A DNA stretch of 42,693 nucleotides, from assembly GCA_028869725.1 (NCBI GenBank), contig JAGWRJ010000361.1, positions 1 to 42,693 on the forward strand, written 5' to 3'. The translations under genes and the position numbers were made by a program. This document shows positions 21,507-32,641 of the stretch, one piece after another. The stretch is from Alphaproteobacteria bacterium. GTDB lineage: Bacteria; Pseudomonadota; Alphaproteobacteria; Micropepsales; Micropepsaceae. The notes under the pieces were generated by a model that was given only the letters and a program-made list of their open reading frames with translations, had not been told where the DNA came from and did not search any database. The first letter of the stretch is position 1. Each line of letters opens with the position of its first letter.

Positions 21507-22253
21507 TCAGCTTTGGGCAAAGCGCTCAAACTCGGCAATTACGGCCTTCACCGCTGCCATGACGATCTTTTCGCCAGCCTCAACCGAGGCCTGGCTGGGA
21601 TCGGACCCGATTCGGCCATCTGGAAAGCGCCGGCGATAATCTTCTGCATCATAGATGGGTCCCAGGGGCGCGATCTTGGGGGTCATGGCCACGTGTTTGA
21701 TCGCGTCGGGATACCCGAAATAGGTCACCGATACCTCGGACGGAGTGGCGTGGCTGCCTTCTCCGACCGGAAACAGCTGTCTGCAGACATCCATCACGCC
21801 GGACAGTTCCCACCAGTTGCGCAGCTGACAGCGCAACGGCGGACGATTGGTGCCGGGATCCGAAAAGGTGATGCCGTGATAGATCTCGCTAAAGGCCGCA
21901 TTGATCGTATTGATGTTACCGCCATGACCATTGAGCCAGTATATGCGGGTGAACCCATGCCGGGCGAGCGAGGTCGCCCAATCATACATTGCGGCAATCA
22001 TGGTCGAGGGCCGCAGCGTAATGGTGCCAGAAAAGGCCATGTGGTGCTGTGCCTGCCCTACATTGAAGGTCGGTCCCACCAGAATTCCCGCCTCATCACC
22101 GGCGCGACGGGCGATGATTTCCGGGCATAGCGCATCGGTCCCCAGCAGACCGTTTGGCCCGTGCTGCTCGGTAGAGCCGATCGGAATCAGGATCGCCCTG
22201 GATTTTTCCAGATAAGCATCGATTTCGGGCCAGGAGGACAGGTGGAGCTGCAT
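21507..22253 (-). CDS. Creatininase-family amidohydrolase
   Basis: PIGSTEQHG, GTD, NGHGGN, HATPSE. Confidence 0.88.
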   Translation of the reverse strand: MQLHLSSWPEIDAYLEKSRAILIPIGSTEQHGPNGLLGTDALCPEIIARRAGDEAGILVGPTFNVGQAQHHMAFSGTITLRPSTMIAAMYDWATSLARHGFTRIYWLNGHGGNINTINAAFSEIYHGITFSDPGTNRPPLRCQLRNWWELSGVMDVCRQLFPVGEGSHATPSEVSVTYFGYPDAIKHVAMTPKIAPLGPIYDAEDYRRRFPDGRIGSDPSQASVEAGEKIVMAAVKAVIAEFERFAQS

Positions 22254-22463
22254 CGTCAACTCGCGATCGTTGGAGGAGTGTCTGCCCAGTTTTTCCACGC
22301 CCGGCGCCACGCATCAACCTTCCAGGCGCAGGAGCACCGCCCTGGCGGGCAACCCTTGCGTCCCTTCGCGGACCTTGGAGTAAATCTGCTGCCCCCCTTT
22401 TCCCCCGCCACACCTTCCGCCTAGTCTTTCACCAAACGCTATCTGACACATTCGGAGGAACCC

Positions 22464-23609
22464 ATGGAAAACAAGGCGAGCGGACCGCTGGCGGGCGTGC
22501 GTGTCCTGGATCTGACCGAGTTCATCTTCGGTCCCTATGCCACCCAGACGCTCGCCGACCTGGGCGCTGAGGTCATCAAGATTGAAAATCCGGGCGGCGA
22601 CCGGCAACGCCATAGCGGCAAGCATGCGACCCATTCCGAAATGGGCTCGGTGTTCATGGCGCTGAACCGCAACAAGCAGAGCCTGGCGCTGGATCTGAAG
22701 CGCGAAGGCGATCGCGAACGCCTCAAGGAACTTATCCCCACCGCCCAGGTGTTCATACATAATGTTCGCGCCGAGGCGATCGAGCGCCTCGGGTTCGACT
22801 ACGAGACAGTGCGCAGACTCAATCCATCCGTCGTCTATGTCCATTGTGTCGGCTATGGATCGAACGGGCCCTATGCGGGTCGCCAGGCCTTCGATGATCT
22901 GGTTCAAGGCGCCAGTGGTGCTGCGGACCTGCTGCCGCGTGTCGATGGCAATCCGCAAATGCGGCTGCTACCCAGCTTCGTGGCTGACAAGGTCTCGAGC
23001 CTGCATGCCCTCTACGCGACGCTCGCCGCGCTGTTCCATCGCGAGCGCAGTGGCGAGGGCCAATTCGTCGAAGTGCCAATGTTCGAAAGCTTTACCCATT
23101 TTATGCTCATCGAGCATCTCTACGGCAGGACCTTCGAGCCGCCGCAGGGGCGCATCGGCCACACCCCAGCGCTGGCAGCGGACCGTCGTCCCCTCAGCAC
23201 CAAGGATGGCCACATTGTCATCCAGCCGGTGAGCCGTGATGCCAGCGCCAAGTTTCTCGCCCTCGGAGGTATTCCCGATGCCTATGAATCGGAGCGCTTC
23301 ATCAATGCCCCCAAGGGCAGCCGTGTTGCCGTCTACTACGAGATGCTGAAGGAAGCCGCGGCGACGCGAACCACGCAGGAATGGATGGCCCTGGGCCAGG
23401 AGCATGGCATTCCGATCATGCGTGCCAACACACTCGACGAAGTTCTCGAAGATCCTCACCTGCAGGCCGTCGATTTCTTCCAGCTGCGGGTTCACCCGAG
23501 CGAGGGGCCTTACCGCGCCATGCGTCCGCCGGTGCGGTTTGAAAAGACACCTGCCAGCATTCGCAGCGATCCGCCACTGATCGGACAAAAGGTAGCGGAT
23601 GACGCCTGA
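22464..23609 (+). CDS. Family III CoA transferase (CaiB/BaiF)
   Basis: [37 protein letters not shown], catalytic D in VADK. GGAGG RBS. Confidence 0.9.
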   Translation: MENKASGPLAGVRVLDLTEFIFGPYATQTLADLGAEVIKIENPGGDRQRHSGKHATHSEMGSVFMALNRNKQSLALDLKREGDRERLKELIPTAQVFIHNVRAEAIERLGFDYETVRRLNPSVVYVHCVGYGSNGPYAGRQAFDDLVQGASGAADLLPRVDGNPQMRLLPSFVADKVSSLHALYATLAALFHRERSGEGQFVEVPMFESFTHFMLIEHLYGRTFEPPQGRIGHTPALAADRRPLSTKDGHIVIQPVSRDASAKFLALGGIPDAYESERFINAPKGSRVAVYYEMLKEAAATRTTQEWMALGQEHGIPIMRANTLDEVLEDPHLQAVDFFQLRVHPSEGPYRAMRPPVRFEKTPASIRSDPPLIGQKVADDA

Positions 23610-23728
23610 GCGGCGAGTTCCGCCCGCAGAACAGGACCTCCATCAAGTTCAGGTGTGGTCTACAAAGGCTTGCATGGCCTGCCGTGCAACGTCAGTATTC
23701 CTGTCCCACCGTGCAAGGACGAGTGCAC

Positions 23729-25675
23729 ATGTCTGATACCGTTTCCGAAGAGCTGATTGCCGTACCGGACGACTGGGCCCAGCGCGCCTACGTCAACGCA
23801 CAGAGTTATGACACACTGTATCGACGATCCCTCGAAGATCCGGACGGATTCTGGCGCGAGGTTGCACTGAAGCTTGACTGGATCAAGCCATTCAGCAAGG
23901 TACAGAATGTATCCTTCGATCCGGACGATCTCCACATACGCTGGTTCGAAGACGGCAAGCTCAACGTCGCTGCCAATTGCATCGACCGACATCTTCCCAC
24001 GCGCGCCGACCAGACCGCGATCCTATGGGAAGGAGATGACCCTTCCCAATCGCGCGCCATCACCTATCGCGAACTCCACGAAGAAGTCTGCCGGCTCGCC
24101 AATGTACTGAAGTCCCTGGGCGTCAAGAAGGGTGACCGGGTGACCATCTATCTTCCCATGATCCCGCAGGCAGCCTACGCCATGCTCGCATGCGCCCGGA
24201 TCGGAGCTATCCACTCGGTGGTCTTCGCCGGATTTTCACCCGACAGCCTGGCCGGTCGGATCAAGGACTGCAGCTCCAATTTTGTCATCACCGCCGATGA
24301 AGGTCTGCGTGGCGGCCGTACGGTTCCCCTCAAGGCCAACACCGACATTGCCCTGACCCAATGTGAGGGCGTGCACACCGTGCTTGTCGTCCGGCACACC
24401 GGCGGGACTGTCCAGATGCACCCAGGTCGCGATCGCTGGTACCACGTGGAAACAGCCAAGGTGTCCGGCGATTGTCCGGCCGAAGCGATGAATGCTGAAG
24501 ATCCGCTCTTCATTCTCTATACATCAGGTTCCACTGGTCGCCCCAAAGGTGTCCTGCATACGACCGGAGGGTATCTTGCTTACGTCGCCTTCACCCACCG
24601 CATGGTGTTCGACTATCATGACGGAGACGTATATTGGTGTACTGCCGATGTGGGTTGGGTAACCGGACACAGCTACATCGTCTATGGCCCGCTTGCCAAT
24701 GGTGCGACTACGCTCATGTTTGAGGGTGTCCCCAACTACCCGGATACCTCACGCTTCTGGCAAATCATCGACAAGCACCGCGTCAACATATTCTATACGG
24801 CACCTACCGCAATCCGGGCCCTGATGCGCGACGGGGATGGTCCTGTAAAGACCACGAGCCGGGCAAGCCTGCGCCTGCTTGGAAGTGTCGGCGAGCCAAT
24901 CAATCCGGAAGCATGGCTGTGGTACTGGCGGGTGGTCGGAGACAGGCGTTGCCCGATCGTCGACACATGGTGGCAGACGGAGACTGGTGGGATTCTGGTT
25001 TCTCCGCTTCCGGGAGCCACACCACTCAAGCCGGGCTCAGCCACAAGACCACTTTTTGGAATTGTGCCCGAACTCGTCGACGCCGAAGGTAAGGTCCTAA
25101 CCGGTGCCGCAACCGGCAATCTCGTGCTCACGCGCAGCTGGCCCGGACAGATGCGTACGGTCTATGGCGATCACCAGCGCTTCATCGATACCTACTTCAA
25201 GACCTATCGCGGCAAATATTTCACTGGGGACGGTTGCCGGCGCGATAACGATGGATATTACTGGATTACGGGCCGCGTCGACGATGTCATCAATGTGTCC
25301 GGCCATCGCCTTGGCACGGCTGAAGTGGAATCGGCGCTCGTCGCCCATCCGCTGGTAGCCGAGGCGGCCGTTGTGGGTTACCCCCACGACGTCAAGGGAC
25401 AGGGTATCTACGCGTATGTAACGCTGACGGTCGGTCACGAAGGGACTGCGGCTCTGGCGGACGAACTGCGCGCGTTCGTTGCCCGTACCCTGTCACCGAT
25501 CGCCCGACCCGATGCGATCCAGTTCACCTCGGCACTACCCAAGACCCGTTCGGGAAAAATCATGCGTCGCATCCTGCGCAAGATCGCCGATGGTGAGATC
25601 TCCAGTTTAGGTGACACCTCGACGCTTGCAGACCCAGGGGTGGTCGATGAACTGGTCAAGAACGCCAGGCGCTGA
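23729..25675 (+). CDS. acs: Acetyl-CoA synthetase
   Basis: [35 protein letters not shown] (acetylation lysine). Confidence 0.96.
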   Translation: MSDTVSEELIAVPDDWAQRAYVNAQSYDTLYRRSLEDPDGFWREVALKLDWIKPFSKVQNVSFDPDDLHIRWFEDGKLNVAANCIDRHLPTRADQTAILWEGDDPSQSRAITYRELHEEVCRLANVLKSLGVKKGDRVTIYLPMIPQAAYAMLACARIGAIHSVVFAGFSPDSLAGRIKDCSSNFVITADEGLRGGRTVPLKANTDIALTQCEGVHTVLVVRHTGGTVQMHPGRDRWYHVETAKVSGDCPAEAMNAEDPLFILYTSGSTGRPKGVLHTTGGYLAYVAFTHRMVFDYHDGDVYWCTADVGWVTGHSYIVYGPLANGATTLMFEGVPNYPDTSRFWQIIDKHRVNIFYTAPTAIRALMRDGDGPVKTTSRASLRLLGSVGEPINPEAWLWYWRVVGDRRCPIVDTWWQTETGGILVSPLPGATPLKPGSATRPLFGIVPELVDAEGKVLTGAATGNLVLTRSWPGQMRTVYGDHQRFIDTYFKTYRGKYFTGDGCRRDNDGYYWITGRVDDVINVSGHRLGTAEVESALVAHPLVAEAAVVGYPHDVKGQGIYAYVTLTVGHEGTAALADELRAFVARTLSPIARPDAIQFTSALPKTRSGKIMRRILRKIADGEISSLGDTSTLADPGVVDELVKNARR

Positions 25676-25775
25676 CCTCGCCATCGGATGCGGCATTCGC
25701 TCGTCATGGTCGGGGCACTAGGGCTGCTCCGTTCGCACGGCGCAAGGGCCGCAGCGCGCACCCCTGCGATATCGC

Positions 25776-26069
25776 CTATGATACGCCCGCGTACGCATCC
25801 ATCGCGATTGCCATGTCGATGTCGTTCTGCGTCAGTCCTCCAGCATCGTGCGTGGAGAGCGTGACCTCGACGCGATTATAGACATTGAACCATTCCGGAT
25901 GATGATCCATCTTTTCGGCAAGGAGCGCCACACGCGTCATGAACCCGAACGCCGCGCTGAAATCCCTGAAGCGAAAACTCTTGACGATCGCATCACGACC
26001 CGGCACGAGCGCCCAGCCTGAAAGTGCGGTCAGCGCCTCCTTGCGTGCGCGTTCATCGAGCTTGTGCAT
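25776..26069 (-). CDS. 4a-hydroxytetrahydrobiopterin dehydratase (PCD/PhhB)
   Basis: [27 protein letters not shown] precedes ATG 26069. Confidence 0.9.
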   Translation of the reverse strand: MHKLDERARKEALTALSGWALVPGRDAIVKSFRFRDFSAAFGFMTRVALLAEKMDHHPEWFNVYNRVEVTLSTHDAGGLTQNDIDMAIAMDAYAGVS

Positions 26070-26107
26070 CTTGCGTCTCCTGTCGTCGTCCCGGGCTGAG
26101 GCATAGC

Positions 26108-26500
26108 ATGGGCACATCGCCGGACGAACCCTCACTCGACACCATGGAAACCATCGCGCGTGCGGAGTTCTCGGCCCTGCCAAAGGAGTTCCGCGACCTG
26201 ACCGGCGACGTCATGTTCGTGCTAGCGGAGGAGCCCGACCGGCAGACCATGGAGGAACTCGGCATAGCGCACACCAATCAGCTACTCGGTCTATTCCGTG
26301 GCGCCCCCCTCGCCGCCCGCTTGGCCAACATGGCCGGACCCGAGCCAACCATGATATTCTTATACCGGCGCCCGATCCTTCATCACGCGCAGGCATGTCG
26401 GCTTGAGACTGCCCAGGTGGTGCGTCATGTCCTTATACATGAGATCGGCCACCACTTCGGCCTTTCGGATGCCGACATGGCCCGTTTTGACGCCGAATAG
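26108..26500 (+). CDS. Zincin-like metallopeptidase (DUF1025/Zincin_1)
   Basis: [23 protein letters not shown] (HExxH). Confidence 0.85.
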   Translation: MGTSPDEPSLDTMETIARAEFSALPKEFRDLTGDVMFVLAEEPDRQTMEELGIAHTNQLLGLFRGAPLAARLANMAGPEPTMIFLYRRPILHHAQACRLETAQVVRHVLIHEIGHHFGLSDADMARFDAE

Positions 26501-26619
26501 TCAGAAGGCCATTCGGCCGGCTCCCTGATAGGCCGACTGCCTGAGCTCAGCACCATGTCTGCTACAGACCGTGACCAGAACAGACGTCATGGGCACGGGG
26601 CAAATCTGGCTTCGCAAGT

Positions 26620-27156
26620 TCAGAGGTCGAGGCGGTACTCCTCTTCGACTGTATAGAGGCTGCCATTCGCGGTCAGCGTGCTGCGAAACAGAAAAAAGCG
26701 GTCAACCGCAAAGCGCTGACTTTGGTACAGTGCAAAGCCTTGCAGATATTCCATCAGTTTGCCGCGATGTGGAGCCTTGAGCCGTGCCAACGTGACATGT
26801 GGAATGAATTTCCGTCCATCTGCCGGCAGATCAAGACGTGTCAGCGCCGTATCGATCTTTTTCTGCAGGTGCAGAAGCGCTGTATTACTCCGTGTTCCAA
26901 CCCACAGCTGACGTGGATCCTTCGCTGTAAACACGTCAACGCCAAAGAGCTCGAGCTCGAAAATGGGTTCACGCAAAGCCGACAGCGCATCATCGATATC
27001 CGCAAATTTCCGACCGTCAACATCCCCAATAAAACGCAGCGTCAGATGAAGCTGCTCACGTGACTGCCAGCGCGCGCCTGGTACCCCACCTTCCAGCAGC
27101 AACAAGGACTGGCAAATGCTGTCGGGAATGGCAAGGCCAACGAACAGACGCATCAT
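26620..27156 (-). CDS. thpR: RNA 2',3'-cyclic phosphodiesterase (2H family)
   Basis: MRLFVGL, two HxT motifs (HLTLRF, PHVTLAR). Confidence 0.9.
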   Translation of the reverse strand: MMRLFVGLAIPDSICQSLLLLEGGVPGARWQSREQLHLTLRFIGDVDGRKFADIDDALSALREPIFELELFGVDVFTAKDPRQLWVGTRSNTALLHLQKKIDTALTRLDLPADGRKFIPHVTLARLKAPHRGKLMEYLQGFALYQSQRFAVDRFFLFRSTLTANGSLYTVEEEYRLDL

Positions 27157-28700
27157 GCCGGCACCACGCGTCGTCGCGAGAGCCTGCCCAGAGGTAAGCG
27201 CCCACGAAAAAGGACAACACAGCCAAAGTAGCCGCCCCCACCGAGGAGCACGGCAAGGGCTAATGCCCCCAGATCACGATACGCGCCAGGGTGCAGCAGA
27301 TGAAGCCCAACCTGCCCGCCAGCCAACGCGCCCGCTGCCGTAGCAGCCGCCGCAATCAGGATGGCAGGCACGGCGCGGCGAAATTGCGCGTCGATATGCA
27401 AAAGATCACGCTTGCGGCCAAGCCACACCAGGGCACCGACATTGACCCAGGCGCCAAACGACGTACCAAACGCGATACCTCCGATGCCGAAGCCAAGCCC
27501 CCAGACCAGCGCCACCTTGAGCGCAATATTGGCAGCCACAGAGAATGCAGTGATGCGCGCCGGTGTCATCGTGTCATGCCGCGCATAGAAGGTGGACGCC
27601 AATATCCGCACCATGGCGAATGCCGGCAGCCCGGCACCGTACGCAGCCAGGGCCACGGCCGAAATGCCGGCGGCCTGCACATCAAAGTGACCGTGGGCGA
27701 AGATTGCCCGCATGATCGTGTCGGGAATAGCAACAAAGGCCATGGCGAAGGGCAGTACAGTCAACAGCGACAGCGTGGCAGCCTTGTTCTGTGCGGCATC
27801 CGAGCCCCTGGCATCACCAAGGGCGAGCTTCGCGCTCATCTCGGGCAAAAGAACGGTACCAAGCGCGATGCCAAGGACGCCCAGTGGCAGCTGATCAATG
27901 CGGTTCGCATAGTAGAGCGCAGTCAGACTGCCGCTGGCGAGCATGCTGGCCAGCAGCATGTCGATGAACGGTGCGATCAGCACGCTGGCCGCTCCGAATG
28001 TCACCGCGGCAAAGGCCTTGAAGAATTCGGCGATTTCGGGGGTCCAGCGTGGCAGTGTCATGCGCAGCGAAAGACCGGCGCGCCGGGCCGCGATCAGGAT
28101 GAAGAACAGCTGGGCAAACCCGCCTGCCAGCACGCCCCACGCTGCGGCCTCGGCCGCATTTGGAAACCAGGCACTGGCGAACAGGGCGGCGATCATCGCT
28201 ACGTTGAGCAGGATTGACCAGGCTGCGGCGGCGGCAAATTTCTCCAGCGCATTTAGCATTGCAGACAGCTGAACCACGACCACGGTCAAGATCAGATAGG
28301 GAAAGGTAATGCGCGACAGGTGGGCGGTGAGAGCTATCTCTCCGGGATTTCCGTCAAACCCTGGCGCCATCACACGAACGACAAGCGGCATTGCCCATAG
28401 CGCAGCAACGAGAATGACCATCTGGGCCGCCATCTGCCAGGAAAACACGGCGTCGGCAAAGCCCGCAGCGGCCGCTTTCTCACCCCGGGCCTGCAACGCA
28501 GCGTAGCGCGGGAGAAAGGCAGGATTGATCGTTCCCTCGCCGAATAGGCTGCGAAAATAGCTTGGAAACAGGAACGCAACGAAAAACGCATCCGACAGCG
28601 GGCCGGCACCGAGGATCGCTGCCTGAAGAATGTCGCGAATGAACCCGGTGATGCGTGAGAGCAACGTGAAGCCGCTGACCGAGAGGAACCGCCGGAACAT
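27153..28700 (-). CDS. murJ: MurJ/MviN lipid II flippase family protein
   Basis: SRITGFIRD, DAFFVAF, FGEG, YYANR..QLPLG, F.HG.F, FYARHDT.TP, about 14 hydrophobic segments. Confidence 0.85.
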   Translation of the reverse strand: MFRRFLSVSGFTLLSRITGFIRDILQAAILGAGPLSDAFFVAFLFPSYFRSLFGEGTINPAFLPRYAALQARGEKAAAAGFADAVFSWQMAAQMVILVAALWAMPLVVRVMAPGFDGNPGEIALTAHLSRITFPYLILTVVVVQLSAMLNALEKFAAAAAWSILLNVAMIAALFASAWFPNAAEAAAWGVLAGGFAQLFFILIAARRAGLSLRMTLPRWTPEIAEFFKAFAAVTFGAASVLIAPFIDMLLASMLASGSLTALYYANRIDQLPLGVLGIALGTVLLPEMSAKLALGDARGSDAAQNKAATLSLLTVLPFAMAFVAIPDTIMRAIFAHGHFDVQAAGISAVALAAYGAGLPAFAMVRILASTFYARHDTMTPARITAFSVAANIALKVALVWGLGFGIGGIAFGTSFGAWVNVGALVWLGRKRDLLHIDAQFRRAVPAILIAAAATAAGALAGGQVGLHLLHPGAYRDLGALALAVLLGGGGYFGCVVLFRGRLPLGRLSRRRVVPA

Positions 28701-29377
28701 CAGCTGTGATCCTTTTGGGCCTTGACCTCGCCAATCAGCTTTTCGACATAGGGCAGAATATTGGTAACGATGATCTTCTCACCCTGAACATTGGGATGGA
28801 TGCCGTCGGCCTGGTTCAGCCTTGGATTGAGCGCCACCCCCTGCAGGAAGAACGGGTAAAGCAGAACATGCTCCTCGCGGGCCAGTTGCGGATAGATGGC
28901 GTCGAACGTCTTAACATAGCGCAGGCCGAGATTGCGCGGGGCCTTCATTCCCGCCAGCAGAACCAGGACATGGGCCGCCTTCAGATGCTGAACAATGGCT
29001 TTAAGATTGCGCCGCGTCTCTGACGGCGGCAAGCCTCGTAATGCATCATTTGAACCAAGCTCGACAATCGCCGCATCAGGATGATCCGCCAGCGACCAGT
29101 CGAGCCGGGCGAGCCCGCCGGCTGAGGTATCCCCGGAGACACCTGCATTGATGACAACGGCATCGAAGCCCTTGGCCTTCAGCGCCTTCTGCAGCACGCT
29201 CGTAAACTCGGTGCCTGGCGGCAGGCCATAGCCTTGCGTCAGGCTTGTGCCAAGGGCCAGAATACGCACCGGCGCCGAGGCGGCAGCTGGACTGACCAGC
29301 AGCAGCGCGGCCAGAAGTCCTGTACGACACCAGCGCGTCGGTCCAATGCTTTCACCGGCTGAGCGGGTCTTGCGCAC
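28700..29377 (-). CDS. Periplasmic SGNH arylesterase/thioesterase (TesA-like)
   Basis: GTSL (GDSL block I), NAGVSG, GSND, DGIHPN, signal peptide. Start placed at GTG 29377 after an AAGGA RBS. Confidence 0.88.
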   Translation of the reverse strand: MRKTRSAGESIGPTRWCRTGLLAALLLVSPAAASAPVRILALGTSLTQGYGLPPGTEFTSVLQKALKAKGFDAVVINAGVSGDTSAGGLARLDWSLADHPDAAIVELGSNDALRGLPPSETRRNLKAIVQHLKAAHVLVLLAGMKAPRNLGLRYVKTFDAIYPQLAREEHVLLYPFFLQGVALNPRLNQADGIHPNVQGEKIIVTNILPYVEKLIGEVKAQKDHS

Positions 29378-29414
29378 GCTGCTGTCCTTTAGCCATTTGC
29401 AAGGGAACCCTCCG

Positions 29415-30119
29415 ATGCATGCTCCTGCGTCGCCCAGTCCGGCAATTGACCTTGCCGAGGTCAGTCTGACCCTGCCAAGTGCAGCCGGACCAGTCGATAT
29501 CCTGAAGGGCATATCGCTTCGCATCCCGGCTGGCCAGACGGTAGCGCTGCTGGGTCCGTCCGGATCGGGCAAATCCTCACTTTTGATGGTCGCCGCAGGG
29601 CTCGAAGCGCCAACGGCGGGCAGCGTTGTTCTTGCCGGTACCGATCTTGGCACGCTTGGCGAAGATAAGCTTGCGCGCTTTCGTGGCACCCATGTCGGCA
29701 TTGTGTTCCAAAGCTTTCATCTCATCCCGACCATGACGGCACTGGAGAACGTGGCAGTTCCGCTCGAGCTGGCGGGCAGGCGCGACGCCTTCGCCCGCGC
29801 CAGCAGCGAGCTTGAAGCGGTTGGGCTGGCGGCCCGCGCCGCCCACTATCCCGGCCAGCTGTCGGGCGGGGAGCAGCAGCGCATAGCCCTGGCCCGGGCC
29901 ATGGCCCCACAGCCGAAGGTGCTCTTTGCCGACGAGCCCACGGGCAATCTCGACGCGGCAACCGGGGCGGCTGTCGCTGACCTGCTGTTCGACCTGCATC
30001 AGCAAAAGCACACCACGCTGTTTCTGGTTACACATGACGAGCACCTGGCCCAGCGCTGCCAGCGGATCCTGCGTCTGAAGGACGGCGTCATTGTGTCCGA
30101 CGACGAGGCTGGCGCATGA
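29415..30119 (+). CDS. ABC transporter ATP-binding protein (YbbA-like)
   Basis: GPSGSGKS, LSGGEQQR, FADEPTGNLD, VTHD. Divergent from tesA. Confidence 0.9.
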   Translation: MHAPASPSPAIDLAEVSLTLPSAAGPVDILKGISLRIPAGQTVALLGPSGSGKSSLLMVAAGLEAPTAGSVVLAGTDLGTLGEDKLARFRGTHVGIVFQSFHLIPTMTALENVAVPLELAGRRDAFARASSELEAVGLAARAAHYPGQLSGGEQQRIALARAMAPQPKVLFADEPTGNLDAATGAAVADLLFDLHQQKHTTLFLVTHDEHLAQRCQRILRLKDGVIVSDDEAGA

Positions 30120-32641
30120 GAACCACCCTCGCGGCCCTTGCCATCGCACGCCGACAACTGCGCGGCGGCATCAAGGGGCTTCGCATATTTTTCGCGGCGT
30201 TGCTCCTCGGCGTACTGGCGATTGCATCAAGCGGCTCGCTGTCTGAAGCAATCCTGACGGGTCTTGACCAGCAGGGGCGTATCCTTCTGGGCGGAGACGT
30301 CTCGGTCAGTCTTGTGCATCGACCTGCAACCGCGCAGGAGCGGCAGTTTCTCGACGCTTATGGCCGGGTGTCGGCTACGACCACGATGCGGGCTATGGCC
30401 TATCACCTGCCGCAAACCCAGAAGAGCCCGCGCACGCTCGTCGAGCTTAAAGCCGTGGATGACGCCTATCCCCTCTACGGGACCGTGGGCCTTGCTCCGC
30501 ATCTGCCACTGGCGCGGGCTCTTGCCTGTTCGCCAGCATATTGTGGCGCCTTGGTCGAAGACACGCTGCTTGCCCGTTTGGGACTTAAAACAGGCGGCTT
30601 TCTGCGTATAGGCGCCGGAAGGTTTCGGGTAACCGCGGTACTGACCGATGAACCAGACCGGATCGCCGATGGTTTCAGCCTGGGGCCACATATTCTGGTG
30701 TCAACGGCGGCACTCGCCCGCACCGGACTTATCACGGTGGGTAGTCTCATCGACTATCACTACCGCATTGCCCTGTTATCGGGAAAAACTGTCAGGGGCT
30801 TCCACGACGCGGCGAACCGGCGCTTCGCCAATGCCGGCTGGCAGGTGCGCGACCGCACCGATGCCGCGCCGGGGCTCAAACGCTTCGTCGAGCAGCTCAC
30901 CATGTTCCTGACGCTGGTGGGTCTGACCGTCCTGGCAGTGGGAGGCGTGGGCGCGAGCCAGGCTGTCGAGGCCTTTCTGCAGCGAAAGGGACCTGAAATC
31001 GCCACCTTCAAGACGCTCGGCGCAGACGGTACTCAGATCCTTGTGATCTACTTTCTGCAGATTATGGCGATTGCCGGCGCGGCAGTTCTATGCGGCGTTG
31101 CGATCGGTGCAGCGCTTCCTTTTGTCACCGACATCAGTACGGTTATGCCCTGGCCTGCCAGTCTTGCGATTTATCCCGCACCCTTGATGCTCGCGGCCTT
31201 CTTCGGCCTCGCGGCCGCGGCAAGCTTTGCCATTCCACCCCTTACCCATGCCCAGGCGATTACCCCGGCCTGCCTGTTTCGCGATCTCGTCGCCCCGACC
31301 CGCGGACGAGGCCGGCTCCTCCACGTTCTTGCTGCCGGAGCCTGCGGCGCCGCAGTCATCGCAGTTGCGCTATGGATTGCGCCGCAACCGCATTTTGCCC
31401 TCGAATATCTTGCTGGAATTGCCGCAGGTCTTCTTGCCTTGCGGCTTTGTGCCGAAGGCGTGCGTTGGTGCCTGAGGCGACTGCCCCGACTTCAACAACC
31501 GCTCGTGCGTCTGGCCATTGCCAATTTGACACGGCCGGGAGCCAGCATGACCGGCATCATCGTGGCACTCGGTCTGGGGCTGACATTGCTTGCCACCGTG
31601 TCGCTGCTCGACCATACGATCCAGCAACAGGTCGTGGACAGTCTTCCCGCGACCGCACCTAGTTTCTTTTTTGTCGACATTCAACCCGATGAAGCCAAGG
31701 CGTTCGACAGCACCATCTTGGCCTTCAAAAACGCACGGGACTACAAGCGCACCCCAATGATCCGTGGACGGATTACTGCGCTTAATGGTGTCCCGGCGGT
31801 CAACGCCAAAGTGGCTCCAGACGCGCGCTGGGCACTTTCCGGAGATCGCGGGATCACCTATGCGGCCACGGAGCCCAAAGGGACCATTTTGACCCAGGGA
31901 AAATGGTGGCCCGCGGGCTATCGGGGTCCGCTGCGCATCTCGTTCGACGCCGAGCTGGGCAAGTCCATGCACCTCAAGCTCGGCGACACGCTCAGTGTCA
32001 ACGTCCTAGGCCGCGAGCTGACCGGCACGATCGCCAATTTTCGCAGAGTGGACTTTTCCAACGGTCGGCAAAATTTTGTTCTGATCCTGTCGCCGGGCAT
32101 CATCGATCATGCGCCACATGATTATCTTGCAACTGTTCGCGTTCCCGCCCACGAAGAGGAGGCAGTCTACCGTGCTGTCACCAATCGTTTTGACAACGTC
32201 TCTACCGTCCGGGTGCGGCAGGTTATCACCACCATTGACAGTCTATTGCAGGAACTGGCCGATGGGGTTCGCGCTGCCAGTCTGGTGACGATCCTTTCAG
32301 GCCTTCTGGTTTTGGCCGGTGCTATTGCCGCCAACCAGCGCGCTCGCCTCTATGACGCGACAGTGCTGAGGGTCCTGGGGGCGACGCGCGCGCAGATTGC
32401 CGCTGTATATCTGCTCGAATACGGCTCTCTCGGCATACTTACAGGCGCCCTGGCCTTGGCTGCAGGCAGCGCCGCCGCCGCGCAGATTGCCCACCGCGTC
32501 CTTCATGTACCGTTTCAATTCGATGTCAGCGTCGCACTCCTCACCGTTCTGGGTGGCGGCATTGCAACCCTGATCTTCGGCTTGGCAGCCGCCCTCGCCG
32601 CGCTGGGTGCGAAGCCCGCGACGCTGTTCCGGGCGCCTTGA
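30116..32641 (+). CDS. FtsX/MacB-type double permease (YbbP-like)
   Basis: LGGD, ELKAVD..YPLYG, FFFVDIQ, duplicated permease repeats. ATGA overlap with the ATPase. Confidence 0.88.
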   Translation: MRTTLAALAIARRQLRGGIKGLRIFFAALLLGVLAIASSGSLSEAILTGLDQQGRILLGGDVSVSLVHRPATAQERQFLDAYGRVSATTTMRAMAYHLPQTQKSPRTLVELKAVDDAYPLYGTVGLAPHLPLARALACSPAYCGALVEDTLLARLGLKTGGFLRIGAGRFRVTAVLTDEPDRIADGFSLGPHILVSTAALARTGLITVGSLIDYHYRIALLSGKTVRGFHDAANRRFANAGWQVRDRTDAAPGLKRFVEQLTMFLTLVGLTVLAVGGVGASQAVEAFLQRKGPEIATFKTLGADGTQILVIYFLQIMAIAGAAVLCGVAIGAALPFVTDISTVMPWPASLAIYPAPLMLAAFFGLAAAASFAIPPLTHAQAITPACLFRDLVAPTRGRGRLLHVLAAGACGAAVIAVALWIAPQPHFALEYLAGIAAGLLALRLCAEGVRWCLRRLPRLQQPLVRLAIANLTRPGASMTGIIVALGLGLTLLATVSLLDHTIQQQVVDSLPATAPSFFFVDIQPDEAKAFDSTILAFKNARDYKRTPMIRGRITALNGVPAVNAKVAPDARWALSGDRGITYAATEPKGTILTQGKWWPAGYRGPLRISFDAELGKSMHLKLGDTLSVNVLGRELTGTIANFRRVDFSNGRQNFVLILSPGIIDHAPHDYLATVRVPAHEEEAVYRAVTNRFDNVSTVRVRQVITTIDSLLQELADGVRAASLVTILSGLLVLAGAIAANQRARLYDATVLRVLGATRAQIAAVYLLEYGSLGILTGALALAAGSAAAAQIAHRVLHVPFQFDVSVALLTVLGGGIATLIFGLAAALAALGAKPATLFRAP

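Noticed and set aside
26501-26590. 29-aa minus-strand ORF MTSVLVTVCSRHG... after thpR, faintly like the start of an LMW-PTP or flavodoxin
   Set aside because: No RBS, and the resemblance covers only a few residues, so a gene remnant cannot be supported.
29378-29701. Long N-terminal extension of the tesA ORF
   Set aside because: It overlaps the divergent ABC ATPase gene. An RBS and GTG at 29377 give a normal-length protein.
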